A stretch of 64,000 bases of DNA. Origin: Heterodontus francisci. Its lineage: Eukaryota. Under the pieces are notes generated by a model that worked only from the letters and a program-made list of their open reading frames with translations, made no database searches and was not told where the DNA came from. Below, one piece after another: positions 47,980-60,960 of the stretch. The stretch is taken from positions 121,567,593 to 121,631,592 of the forward strand of contig NC_090378.1 in NCBI RefSeq assembly GCF_036365525.1. Reading direction: 5' to 3'. A program made the translations under genes and the position numbers. Each line of letters starts with the position of its first letter. The first letter of the stretch is position 1.

Positions 47980-50900
47980 AGGGAGGTGGTGGTGTAGTGG
48001 TATTGTCACTGGACGAGCGACCCAGGGTATTACTCTGGGGAGATGGGTTCAAATCCCATCAGTGCAGAAGGTGAAACTTGCATTCAGTTAATAAATCTGG
48101 AATTAATGATGGCTATGAAACCATTGCCGATTGTTGTAAAAGCCCATCTGGTTCTCTAATGCCCTTTAGGGAAGGAAATCTGCCATCCATACTTGGTCTG
48201 GCCTCTATGTGATTCCAGTCCCAATGCGTTTTATACTTAATGCCTTCTGAGATGGCCTAGCAAGCCACTCAGTTGTATCTAGTTGCTACAAAGTCAATAA
48301 GGAATGAAACTGGACGGACCACACATCATTGACCTGGGCACCAGAAATGACAACGACAAATCCAGTCCTGTCAACCCTGCAAAGCCCTCCTTCCTAACAC
48401 CTAGGGATTGTGCCAAAATTGGGAGAGCTGTCCCACAGACTAGTAAAGCAACAGCCTGACATAGATATACTCACGTAATCATACCTTGCAGATAATGCCC
48501 CGGATACTGCCATCACCATCCCCATCCCCGCCTATGTCCTGTCCCACCGGCAGGACAGAACCAGCAGAGGGGACAGCACAGTGGTATACAGTTGGGAGGG
48601 TGTCCTCAACTGTGACTCCAGACCCCATGAAATCTCATGGCATCAGGTTAAACATGGGCAAAGAAACCTCCTGCTGATTAACACCTACTGCCCCCCTCAG
48701 CTGATGAAGCAGTACTCCTCCATGTTGAACAGCACTTGGAGGAAACACTGAAGCTGGCAAGGGCACAGAATATACTCTGGGTGGGAGTCTTCAATGTCCA
48801 TCACCAAGAGTAGCTCGGTAGCACCACTACTGACTGAGCTGGCCAAGTCCTAAATGACATAGCTGCAAGACTGTCTGCAGTAGGTGGTGAGTGAACCAAT
48901 AATAGGGTAAAACATACTTGACCTCATCCTCACCAAGCTGCCTGCCACAGATGCTTCTGTCCATGACAGTATTGGTCGGAGTGACCACCGCACAATCAAT
49001 GTGGAGACGAAGTCCCGTCTTCGTATTGAAGATACCCTCCATCATGTTGTGTAGCACTAGCACCGTGCTAAATGGGATAAATTTTGAACAGATCTAGCAA
49101 CTCAAAACTGGGCATCCATGAGGCACTATGGGCCATCAGCAGCAGCAGAATTGTACTCAATCACAATCTGTAACCTCATGGCTTGGCATATCCCCCACTC
49201 TATCATTACCATCAAGCCGGGGGATCAACCCTGGTTCAATGAAGAGTGCAGGAGGGCATGCCAGGAGAAGCACCAGGCATACCTCAAAATGAGGTGCCAA
49301 CCCGGTGAAGCTACAACACAGGACTACTTGCCTGCCAAACTGCGTAAGCAGCATGCGATAGACAGAGCTAAGCAATCCCATAACCAACGGATCAGATCTA
49401 AGCTCTGCAGTCCTGCCACATCCAGTCGTGAATGGTGGTGGACAATTAAACAACTAACTGGAAGAGGAGGCTCCACAAATATCCCCAACCTCAATGATGG
49501 GGGAGCCCAGCACATCAGTGCAAAAGATAAGGCTGAACCATTTGCAACAATCTTCAGCCAAAAGTCCTGAGTAGATGATCCATCTCAGCCTCCTCCTGAA
49601 GTCCCCAACATCACAGATGCCAGACTGCAGCCAATGCGATTCACCCTGCGTGATATCAAGATACAACTGAAGGCACTGGATACTGCAAAAGCTATGGGCC
49701 CTGATAACATTCCAACAACAGTACTGAAGGCCTGTGCTCCAGAACTTGTTGCGCCCATAGCCAAGCTGCTCCAGTTCAGGTACAACACTGGCATCTACCC
49801 TGCAATGTTGAAAATTGCCCAGGTATGTCCTAAGCACAAAAAGCTGGACAAATCCAACCCGGCCAATTACCGCCCCATCAGCCTACTCGCAATCATCGGT
49901 AAAGTGATGGAAGGTGTCATCAACAGTGCCATCAAGCGGCACCTGCTTAGCAATAACCGGCTCAGTGACGCTCAGTTTGGGTTCCGCTAGGGCCACTCAG
50001 CTCCTGACCTCATTACAGCCTTGGTTCAAACATGGACAAAAGAGCTGAACTAAAGAGGTGAGGTGAGAGTGACCGCCCTTGACATCAAGGCAGCATTTGA
50101 CAGAGTATGGCATCAAAGAGCCCGAGCAAAACTGAGGTCAATGGGAATCAGGGGGAAACCCTCCGCTGGCTGGAGTCATACCTAGCACAAAGGAAGATGG
50201 TTGTGGTTGTTGGAGATCAATCATCTGAGCTCCAGGACAACACTGCAGGAGTTCTGTAGGGTAGTGTCCTGGGCCCAACCATCTTCAGCTGCTTCATCAA
50301 TGAGCTTCCTTCAATTATAAGGTCAGAAGTGGGGATGTTCGCTGATGATTGCACAATGTTCAGCACCATTTGTGACTCCTCAGATACTGAAGCAGTCCGT
50401 GTAGAAATGCAGCAAGACCTGAACAATATCCAGGCTTGGGCTAATAAGTGGCAAGTAACATTCGCGCCACACAAGTGCCAGGCACTGACCATCTCCAACA
50501 AGTAAGAATCTAAATATTTTCCCTTGACATTCAATGGCATTACAATCGCAGAATGCTCCACTATCAATATCCTGGGGGTTACCATTGACCAGAAACTGAA
50601 CTGAAGTAGCCATATAAATACCATGGCTACAAGAGCAGGTCAGAGGCTAGGAATCCTGTGGCGAGTAACTCACCTCCTGACTCTCCAAAGCCTGTCCACC
50701 ATCTACAAGGCACAAGTCAGGAGTGTGATGGAATACTCTCCACTTGCCTGGATGGGTACAGCTCCAACAACACTCAAGAAGCTCGATACCATCCAGGACA
50801 AAGCAGCCTGCTTGATTGGCACCCCATCCACAAACATTCACTCCCTCCACAAGAGACCTACAATGGCAGCAGTGTGTACCATCTACAAGATGCACTGCAG

Positions 50901-51236
50901 TAAGACACCAAGCCTCCTTAGGCAACACCTTCCAAACCTGTGACATCTACCACCTAGATGGACAAGGGCAGCAGATGCATGGGAACACGACCACCTGCAA
51001 GTTCCCCTCCAAGTCACACACCATCCTGACTTGGAACTATATTCCCATTTCTTCACTGTCGTTGGGTCAAAATCCTGGAACTCCCTTCTTAACAGCACTG
51101 TGGGTATACCTACCCCAAATGGACTGCAGCGGTTCAAGAAGGCAGCTCACCATCACCTTCTTAAGGGCAATTAGGGATGGACAATAAATGCTGGCCTAGC
51201 CAGTGATGCCCACATCCCATGAATGAATAAGAAAAA
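47980..51236 (+). mobile_element. Single-ORF CR1/L2-group LINE with a tRNA-derived SINE-like 5' head
   Basis: A box TGGTGTAGTGG (47990-48000), B box GGTTCAAATCC (48046-48056), SINE body, then decayed EN-RT (QQPDI..FNVHH..SDHR..NYRPISLL..QFGFR..DIKAAFDRVWH..FADD); tail GAATGAATAAGAAAAA; TSD ACATGT (47974-47979, 51237-51242). Confidence 0.88.
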
Positions 51237-51611
51237 ACATGTCCAGGAGCTGACACAGAGTCTCTGTCTATCTCTCTCTCTCTCTCTCCATCTCACTCCC
51301 TCTCTCTCTCTCTCAATCTCTATCCCGTCTTCTACCTCTGAAGGTGTTCTATGGGTGTGAGTGTTTAATATAAGGTGGTGTTTGTCAGTATATTTTCTCT
51401 ACTGTATGGTTTATGAACATGGTGAGAGGGGATAAGGGGTCTGTTCTTTGATGTGCGGCAGTGATGTCTGTCCCAGTGACTCAGACTGTGATGCTGTTGT
51501 TTTCTGTGACTGACACTATGATATCGATTGTAATTTCACTCAGTGTGACAGGAGGTTACATGGCTTGATCAGTGGTGAGGGCGGAGCAGACTGAACAAGG
51601 AGCTGTAATCA

Positions 51612-51702
51612 TCAGTCACTGCCGAACACCTTCACACACACCGCACAGTCCGGAAACTTCTTCACTAAATATTCTTTCAGCTCCTTAATTACAGCCCTGG
51701 AT
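51612..51702 (-). CDS. Putative terminal coding exon of an unidentified gene (SRAVIKELKEYLVKKFPDCAVCVKVFGSD*)
   Basis: Strong acceptor CTCTTTTTCCCTTTTCAG|; only the phase-2 frame stays open; ATTAAA on the - strand at 51369-51364. Confidence 0.4.
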
Positions 51703-52344
51703 CTGAAAAGGGAAAAAGAGAAAGACATCTTTTAGAGAGGGTCCTGGACACAATGTAGACTGTGCATTACCCACTAATGACACTACCTCCATATTTAACT
51801 CATTGTTTAAACTCCAGCACACCTCCTGTTCCAATCCACATGTTTCAGCCAAAAAGCAGTATAATTCTACAGCACAGGAGGAGGCCGTTCAGCCCCTCGT
51901 GTCTGTGCCAGCTGTTTGCTCGAGTAATTCATGACTAACATCTCAGTTTAATATCTGTTTTGGGGAAGTTATTTGAATCTGTTATTAGGGACAGAATGAC
52001 TGACAAATATAAACAAATATAATGTCTCAATTCATTCTGCATCTGTCACCTTCTGCATTCCACATTTTCACAGCCCTGTGTATGAATTTATTTGTTTTCA
52101 ATTTTAACCCTCAAAAGAGTAAGCCACTTTATGCATTGTGTGGTGCTCTAGCCAGCTGCACCAGTTCATTAATGCTGACAGAAGACTTTCACTCCATCAT
52201 TCTGGGCTGGATTCTAACCCAGGTCCCAAAGGTGAGAGGACAGTATTCTACCCAGTACCGTGCAGCCCCGGCATAAATCATTTCACAGCAAGTTGTTATG
52301 TCGGTGGATACTTTACCTTGCTAGTATTAAGAGTGGACTGGGCT

Positions 52345-52672
52345 TTCTCCAACACTCACTCCCTTCATCACTGGTGCACAGCGGCAGCAGTGTGCACCAT
52401 CTACAGGATGCACTGCAGCAACTCATCAACTCTCCTTTGACAGGACCTACCACCTAGGGGGACAGGGGCAGCAGACCCATGGGAACACCACCACTGTGGG
52501 TTTCCCTTCAAGTCACACACCATCTTGATTTGGAAATATACCACAGTTCCTTCACTGTCGCTGGTCAAAAATTTGGAAACACCTGCCTGGCAATGCTGTG
52601 GGTCTGCCTGCACCACATGGACTGTGGCGGATCGGGAAGGTGGCTCTCTACCAACTTTTTAAGGGCAATTAG
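52345..52672 (+). mobile_element. 3' fragment of the same LINE family as 47980-51236
   Basis: Colinear with 50835-51172 (AAVCTIYRMHCSN..AGGGCAATTAG). Confidence 0.85.
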
Positions 52673-52780
52673 ACTACACTGCTTGCTACAACCTCAAAAC
52701 ATTCCATGAGATTCGTCAATTAAGATTTGCCTTTCATAAATCCATGTTGACTCAGTCAAAACACATTATGATTCTTTAAG

Positions 52781-52985
52781 TAAAAACTGAAATGTTGAAA
52801 TACTCAGCAGGTCAGGCAGCATCTGTGGAAACAGAAACAGAGTTAACGTTTCAGGTTTGTGACCTGATGAAATGACACAGATTACAATGTTAACTGCTTC
52901 TCTCTCCACCGATGCTGCCTGACCTGCTGAGCATTTCAGCATTTTCTGTTTTTATTTCAGATTCCCAGCATCTGCAATATTTTGC
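52781..52985. mobile_element. Palindromic Penelope-derived element (inverted terminal-repeat arms)
   Basis: CTCAGCAGGTCAGGCAGCATC..GTGGA.. and its reverse complement ..TCCACCGATGCTGCCTGACCTGCTGAG around a CTGATGA-containing loop. Confidence 0.75.
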
Positions 52986-53480
52986 TTTAATGATTCTTGA
53001 AGTGTTCATGCCCCTAATAATAGATTCCAGCATTTTCCCATGATCTGACACTTGAACATCTTAATTTGGGGGAAATTCTGCTCAAAGAGTTTGTCTGACA
53101 CTCCCATTTCTACATCTCTTGTCACAAATACTTTGAATGACTGCAGTGCAGTAGATGCTTTATCAGGAACAAACAGCTGCTCAGTCCAAATATGGCTGCC
53201 AAGGTCTATGAATTTGCATTGTCCCTATGGTCTGCATCTCAGGCCTTAAATCCCCACCACCCACCTTAACTGGCTACACGCAGGTGGTAGGTCTTGTGTG
53301 GTGCAAGATCCAGGGCCACATCAATACTGAAGTGTTATGTAACCTGCCCCTCACCAGAGAACCATGATGACACAGAAACTGCAGGGCTGTATAAAACACA
53401 GCAAATTGTTACAAACTGTGCACATGTGTCTGCAAGAGCAAAGAGGGAAGAGGTAAAGCCAAGTGCGTTAAAAACATCCA

Positions 53481-55652
53481 GTGAAGATCACTGATTCAAA
53501 AGAAATCCAAAAGAAGTCAACCAAACAAAATCTGATTTCAATCAGTGGGCTGTGGAATGAGTATAAAATGGACATCAAAGTAGATTTATTCACAACTCTC
53601 CTTAAAGAGATCGCTGAGAAAAGTGAAAATTCTCAGCAGAATATATCAAATACAATCCATCATGTAGAGGAGGGGATCATTTCAACTGAAGACCATGAGC
53701 GACAGAGAGCCATGCAGACCACCTTCGAGCTTCTGAAAGTTTACTTGCAGAAACTCAATGTCAGTAACCTTGCGTCTGGAAATATTATGGGGGCTCTAAT
53801 TGGACGATTGATGCTGCACTGTGCAGACAGTTCGCTACCTGTGTGACAGATGGCCCTGGTCTCTGTGTACACCATCCTGTCCATTCAGTTATAATATGAA
53901 GGTGCTGATCTGGATCAGCAACAGGAGCAGCCAGAGGATCTGAACACACTCAGAGAACAGTTAGACAACAATGACCTTTCAGTCCTCTTGCAAAAATACC
54001 ATCAGATTGCAAAGGTAATTTCCAAGAATTTTCCCCATAACCAGCTGTGCAACTTGCTCCTCATGGTCTTTAAAGGACTGTCTGACCAACACCCCAGCTG
54101 TTCCTTTGCAGCCGCTGTGCTCGTAAAAATCATCATTAAAGGTGAGGCAGTGATCCACGGGACCAAGTCTCAGAAATACTAGACATGCTGAGGGTTGAAC
54201 TGGAGTCAGTTCCTTATGAGGATTCAAAATGTTCTGTTCCATGTAGTTTCACCATTTTGTCCTGGCACAATATACTAGCAGTTGTGTCCCATCTCCTCAG
54301 CTCCCTGGACCCATTGGAGAAATTTGTCAGAGACGTGTGGAGATCAATGGCCAAAGACACAAATGTGCAGTCAGGACTATTAAGTAGCTGGTGTACACAC
54401 TTGAGAAAAGAACCTGCCCCATCAATGGAAACAGAAAACCCTATTCAACCGCTGTATCACTGGCTGCCATCTGCAGGTTGTCTGAGATTATCACTAAGCC
54501 TGTGTTGGCAGAGGTGCTGAATACATTATTCCCACTGATATTCAGTACCCTAATTATTTTGTTAACCAGCTGCGTTAATATTTCTCTGTTCGATTGTTCA
54601 GATACTGAATCGCAGCAGAGAGATTTCACAGCCCTATTTCAAACATCACCAAGTTGCGATCTGTATAAGAAGTGTGTACAGACACTAAAGGTCCTTCCAG
54701 GCCAAGCAACAAATGGAGGCGTCATTGAAAACATGAATAGAAATGGAGGATGGTGCCAAAATGATGAAGCTGAACCACTTCGACAAGGGGGTCGTTCTGC
54801 TGGCCACAGCAATGGCAGAACATGCTGGCTACAGTCTGCCTCATATCGTGAACCAACTGGCTTCTCACATCATTAGGCTCCAAGACTATCAGGCAGTTAA
54901 AGTAATCACCTCCTCGGAGAACTGCTGAAAGCTCCACTGCTTTCAGAGCTGTAGCTCACAGACACTGTGCTAAACAGTTTGATAAGGTATTTGCTGTATG
55001 TCTCTCCTGTTAGCCGGTTGTTGTGTGTCTGGGTCCGGAGAAATATTAACTTTGGAACTAAAAGACAGTCTTGGAGCGTGATGGACACAATGATTAGCCT
55101 GTTGGGGAATGAGCAGAACTCGGAGTTGCTAATGCATGTGGTGCTGTCGTACCTGAGTATTATCCAGTCAATGGCAAACACCATCCAGCTCTTTGTGGAT
55201 CCAAATCTTACCAGAATTCAGCCACTCTTTGGGGCAGAGTCTGAGAAAGTGCGGGTGGAAGTATTCAACGTGTTGGGGAACTTGACCAAGTGTGGAATTG
55301 GAGGGTCCACATCTTCCATCTCCCAGCAGGTCCATTCCAACCTGGTGCACTTGTTGTTGCACTCAGATGGAAAGAGTGAGGAGATCACCTGATCTTGCAG
55401 TTTAACACTGTGGATGATCTTCCCACTTATTGGATGTGTGAAGGGTTCTTGTTTAATTGAAAGATATCTAGAGAACCCCAACTGGAGTTACATGGACTTC
55501 CTCAGAAGCATCTCATGCCAGTTGGTTCAAGATTTCCCAATGGGTGAATTCCTATGCCATGGATTGTGAATCATTTTTCAACAATGACCAGGAGCAGCTC
55601 TGAGATCACGCAAAGGCCTTTTCAACTTTCCTCCTGAGGCAGCCAGCATGTG
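53481..55652 (+). pseudogene. MROH1: Intronless maestro HEAT-like repeat (MROH1-like) pseudogene, C-terminal half
   Basis: GALIGRLMLHCAD..QL*YEG..HQIAKVISKNFPHNQLCNLLLMVFKGLSD..AMAEHAGYSLPHIV..RIQPLFGAESEKVR..QVHSNLVHLLLH follow MROH1 motif order without introns; several stops and frameshifts. Confidence 0.82.
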
Positions 55653-55661
55653 ACCGACTCA

Positions 55662-57422
55662 GCCGGTGGAGAAATAACGGATGCGCTGAGGATCATCTTC
55701 AAATCCTCACTGGATATGGGAGAGGTGCCAGAGGGTTGGAGGTCTGCGAACGTTATACCACTATTTAAAAAAGGTGCGAGGGATAAGCCAAATAATTATA
55801 GGCCGGTCAGTCTGACCTCAGTGGTGGGTAAGTTATTCGAATCAATTCTGAGGGACAGGATAAACTGCCACTTAGAAAGGCATGGATTAATCAGAGATAG
55901 TCAGCATGGATTTGTTGAGGGAAGGTCATGTCTTGCTAACTTGATTGAGTTTTTTGAGGAAGTAACAAGATGGATAGATGCGGGTAATGCAGTGGATGTG
56001 GTCTACATGGATTTTAGTAAGGCATTTGATAAGGTCCTGTATGGCAGCCTGGCCAGTAAAGTGAAAGCCCATGGGATACAGGGAAATGTGGCAGGTTGGA
56101 TCCAAAATTGGCTCAGTGAGAGGAAACAAAGGATAGTCTGGTTGGGCATAGTCAACATGGATTTATGAATGGAAAATCATGTTTGACAAATCTGTTGGGA
56201 GTTTTTTGAGGATGTTACTAACAGAATTGATAAAGGGGAGTTGGTGGACGTGGTATACTTGGATTTTCAAAAGGCCTTTGATAACGTCCCCCACAGGAGG
56301 TTGATTAGCAAAATTAAAGCAAATGGGATAGGAGGTAATATACTGGCATGGATTAAGGATTGGTTAACAGGCACAAAACAGAGTAGGAATAAACGGGTCA
56401 TTCTCACATTGACAGGCTGTGACTAGTGCGGTACTGCAGCTTTCAGGGCTTGGGCCCCAGCTGTTCACAATATATATCAATGATTTGGATGTGGGGACCA
56501 GATGTAATATTTCCAAGTTTGCGGATGACAGAAAACTAGATGGGAATGTGTGTTGTGAGGAAGATTCAAAGTAGCTTCAAGGAGATTTGGAAAGACTTTG
56601 TGAGTGGGCAAGAACGTGGCAGATGGAATCTCATGTGGAAAAATGTGAGGTTATCCACTCTGGTAGGAGGAACAGATGTGCAGAGTATTTCTTAAATGGT
56701 AAGAGATTGGAGAGTGTAGATGTACAAAGGGACCTGGGTTTCCCTGTCAATAAGTCACTGAAAGCTAATATGCAGGTGCAGCAAGCAAGCAAGGCGGCGA
56801 ATGGCATGTTAGCCTTTATTGCAAGAGGATTTGAGGACAGGAGTAATGAAGTCTTACTTCAATTGTATAGAACCTTGGTTAGACCACACCTGGAGTATTG
56901 TATGTAGTTTTGTTCCCCTTACCCTAGGAAGGATATTATTGCCATAGAGGGAGTGCAATGAAGGTTCACCAGATTTGTTCCCAGGATGGCGGGATTGTCC
57001 TATGGAGAGAGATTGGGGAAACTGGGCCTGTATTCTCGAGAGTTTCGAAGAATGAAACTGAAACCTACAAAATACTTAAAAGGATAGATGCAGGTAATAT
57101 GTTTCCCCTGGTTGGGGAGTCTAGAACCAGGGGACACAATTTAAAAAATAAGGGGGAAGCCACTGAGGACAGAGATGAGGAGAAATTTCTTTACTCAGAG
57201 GGTTGTGAATCTTTGGAATTCTTTATCTCAGAGGGCTGTGGAAGCTCACTCATTGAGTATGTTTAAAGCAGAGATTGACAGATTTCTAAATACAAGTGAC
57301 ATAAGGGGATATGGGGATCGTGTGCGAAAAAGGCACTGAAGTAGATGATCAGCCATGATCATATAGAATAGCGCAGCAAGCTCGATGGGCTGAATGGCCT
57401 ACTCCTGCTCCTATGTTCCTAG
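55662..57422 (+). mobile_element. Chimeric CR1 insertion (two RT pieces joined at ~56137)
   Basis: QHGF..CL.NL..DVVY.DF.KAFD block appears twice (55900-56135 and 56150-56390); single 3' tail at 57385-57422. Confidence 0.88.
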
Positions 57423-57755
57423 ACTGAATTTGGAGTAAACAAAATGCTGCTAAAAATAAACACTTGAAACCTTAATTATAAATGAAACAAAAAATATCAC
57501 TATCAGAGATATCCAAGAGCAGGTATGAATCTAGGCCTGCTCACAGAACAACTGAGCTTTAAAGTAATGTCCAACATCACCAGAGAGGCTGTTCATCAAA
57601 ATAAAGTCAGATTTATCAGAAGGTTTAACTTGTCTTTTACATGTAACCTTGTCTAAGACCGAGGCTGAGAGATATCTATTAAATCAGTTTATCAATTCAG
57701 TATATAAAATAGTACAGCACTTGAATCTGACAATAGCATCTCCTATGAAGTAAAC

Positions 57756-57935
57756 CTCAGTTGCATCAGATTCCTGGAAAGTTGCATCTTTGAGAAATTT
57801 TTTGTCGCAAAGTAGAGAGAAACAAATTGTTTGACCAATCTCGACTATCGAAGATTGTGGATTTGCTTCGGTCTGATGCTTGCAGTTCACTGAGGCAATT
57901 AGATTTCTGCCCTTCTGGACTTGATAATCTTTGGT
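57756..57935 (-). pseudogene. CEP350: Probable CEP350 exon following ..SVAKH, with in-frame stops
   Basis: Acceptor TTGTGTTTGTTACAG|, phase compatible with the upstream exon (DQRLSSPEGQ..); TGA at 57766; weakly conserved, so identity rests on position. Confidence 0.5.
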
Positions 57936-58793
57936 CTGTAACAAACACAAGTAATTGGTGTGACTCAATCACTTTCTATAAAGAATGAAATTGTGTGTGT
58001 ACAATACACTTCATGTCCTCAGGACCACCACCAAAGCACCTGACAATAAATCAAATATTTTTTGAAATGCAGTCACGGTTGTAACGTTGGAATCACGGCA
58101 GCACAGCAAGGTCCCACAACTAGCAATAAGATCAATGACAAGATAATCTGTTTTAGGTGTTTACTGAAGGATAAAAATTGGCCAGGACACTTGGGAAGAA
58201 CTCGCTACACTTTTCTTTTACATCCACCTGAGAAGGCAGACGGGGCCTCGGTTTAACATCTTCAACAAAAGACAGCACCACCAACAGTGCAGCTCTCACT
58301 CAGTACTGCACTAAAGTGTCAGCCTGGATTATGGGATTCAGGTCTCTGAAGTGGGACGTGAAATTATTTTATCCATGTAAACTTGCAATGACACCACTTG
58401 AGGATGTAGTTTTGAAAGCTATTGCATTCTCAGTAAAGGAACAAAAAAGCCTTATTGAAACAATATTTGGATTTTTTTTTAAAAAGCCAGTCTGGTGATG
58501 GCACATACAAGTTCAGAACTGAATGCGAAAGATCTAGATACAAGGGAGAGTAGGTGAACTGGAGATCAGTGCAGCAACCGATTGCAGAATTACCAAAAAC
58601 ATAAATATATCAGCTGCTGATTTACACTGGCTTTCAATATGAAGGCTGACTGCTTGCTCCTCAATACATCAAGTCAAAATATTAAAATGATAGTAAACAT
58701 TTTCTAGAGCTTTTCAATCCTACACTAACTTAGCTGTTTAAAGGCACAACCCCTGGGGTCCAAATCTATTGGTGTGTGGTAACAGGTACATAC

Positions 58794-58873
58794 CGTGTTT
58801 GGCAACGGAGCCCAACGATGCTTTGGATCTTTCGCCCTCAGTAAGGGATTTCCAGCTCTTTGCAGATTCAGTC
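58794..58873 (-). pseudogene. CEP350: CEP350 exon (R)TESAKSWKSLTEGERSKASLGSVAKH
   Basis: AG/GT boundaries, phase 2 to 1; matches recalled human ETAKNWKSLTESERSRGSLESIAEH. Confidence 0.88.
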
Positions 58874-60499
58874 CTGAAAACAGAAAACAAATTCTAACTT
58901 AGAGCTCGGCAGCGTAAATCATATAGTCCGTGCAGTATAACCAACTTAGCTATTTTCACTGATGGATAAATCCAGTCAACCCCTTCTTGGACTGTGGTGC
59001 ATAAACAGGCAGTCCCCATACTAAACAGCATTTCCCAATCTTTGCCTAACCTTCCAGAGTGTCTGTGATAGACACAACTGGTAAACCAACACTGGCCTCC
59101 TAGTCAGAACCCTGAAACTGTTGTGCCACTATTTCCCAGCAAGCTTTTCTGACTTGCTTTTCACCTTATAACCTGCCCTGCTGGTAACACAGCTGATGTC
59201 TCTGGGTAATAGTCACATTTTAAACTGCAAGAACACAGATTTCTGCACTGCTGCCTGGAGGAGTTATATCAGTAAAAAGGCAATCAGCTATCAAAAATGT
59301 CTTCCAGGGAATGTAAAACAATTCCCACTCTGGGCCATAATGAGTTGAATAAAATGACAAAAGCAAAATACTGCAGATGCTGGAAATCTGAACGAAAAAC
59401 AGAAAATGCTAGAAACGTTCAGCAGATCAGGCAGCAGCTGTGGAGAGAGAGAAATGGAGTTAATGTTTCAGGTCAATGACCTTGCATCAGATTCTGATAA
59501 AAGGTCACCAACTTGAAACAGCAACTTTATCATTGAATAAAAATGAACCTGAAACACCAGCAGTAAGAAAGGTACCATCCTGATCTAATATTACAATCAC
59601 ATTTCTGTGCTGTGAAATACAAAATGCTGGAGAAATCTACCATGTTTCAGTTATAAAGGAATTCCAATTTTTATTTTCCACACACATTTCGCTCCATGCA
59701 CTTAGTCACTTTTGATGCGTATTAAATTAAGATGCCAAACAGTTGCATCGTCCAATCTTCTTAAACCAGTAGCATACAAAGCTTCGGTTAAATGACTGTC
59801 TGCTATCAACACCCGAAAGAGGAGAATATAATTGCAGCACTTAGCACAAACTAATTGAAGGAGGTATTGGGCCTGGTGCACACTGTGTGGAAGCATTGGG
59901 TCAACCTGAAGTTGAGTTTCTGTCTTGATTGACACTTACTCCTTCCCTCATCATTGGCTAGACCATGGTGAAAGGAGAAAGTGGTAACATGGTGGAATGG
60001 ATTCTTTTGACACTGAAGGTTGCTACAGAGCAGTACTCAAATATGTAACCGGGCCTCCAGGCTGGAACAACCAGCTCTTTAGACAATAGTGTGTGATGGA
60101 GATAGGGTAAACGGAAGCAGCAAATAAATTCAAATTTCAAGTATGAAAGGGTGTTCAATATGAATGGAGAAAAGAGTCATTGTCCATTTCAGTGCATGGA
60201 ACATTACAACCTGGGGGCAGGAGATGAGAGTATACAAATGGCAGTTTACAATCCCAACAATACACGGATTTTGTGGAAATACTACACTCCCAGGACTGCC
60301 TCATGGCACATCCCAAAACTCACCCAATTGACCTGCCCAGGTAATGTATGAACATTAACATTTTGGAGCAATTGCATAGGTTTGCTTTCAAATAAAATTA
60401 TTGAACAATGCTCTTCTTTTCTGTCATACAGAATGACCTGATCGGTTTTGCATCAGATATACAGGCTTGTTTTTGGAAAGGTTTTAAACTGTTGAGAGG

Positions 60500-60960
60500 A
60501 ACATTAGTTATAACTATTAGGAAAGGTTGAACCGACTGGGGGTCTTTAATCTAAAAAAGAGAAGGCTGAGGTGTGTCCTGATGGAGGTCTTTAAAATATG
60601 AAGGGGTTCAAATAGGGTAAACATAGAGAAGATGCTTCCACTTGTGGGGGAGACCAGAACTAGGGGCCATTAATATCAGGCAGTCATGAATAAATCCACA
60701 GGGAGTTCAGAAGAAAATTCTTTACCCAGAGTGTGGAGTGGAGAGTGGTGAGAATTATGGAACTGGCTACTACATGGAGTGCTTAAGGTGAATAATATAG
60801 GTGTATTTAAGGGCAATCTAGATAAGTACCTGAAAGAAAAAGGAAGAGGAAGCACTATTAGGGTCAGATGGTGTAAGGTGGGAGGAGGCTCAGGTGGAGC
60901 ATAAATACCTACATAGACCTGTTGAGTCGAATGGTTGGTTTGTGTGCTATAAAGTCTAGG
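60500..60960 (+). mobile_element. Old CR1 3' end
   Basis: KKRRLR..LMEVFK, ETRTRGH and FFTQ motifs; CR1-type tail. Confidence 0.75.

Noticed and set aside
59702-60351. Short ORFs between CEP350 exons as additional exons
   Set aside because: The flanking CEP350 exons already join in phase and these ORFs show no recognisable similarity.
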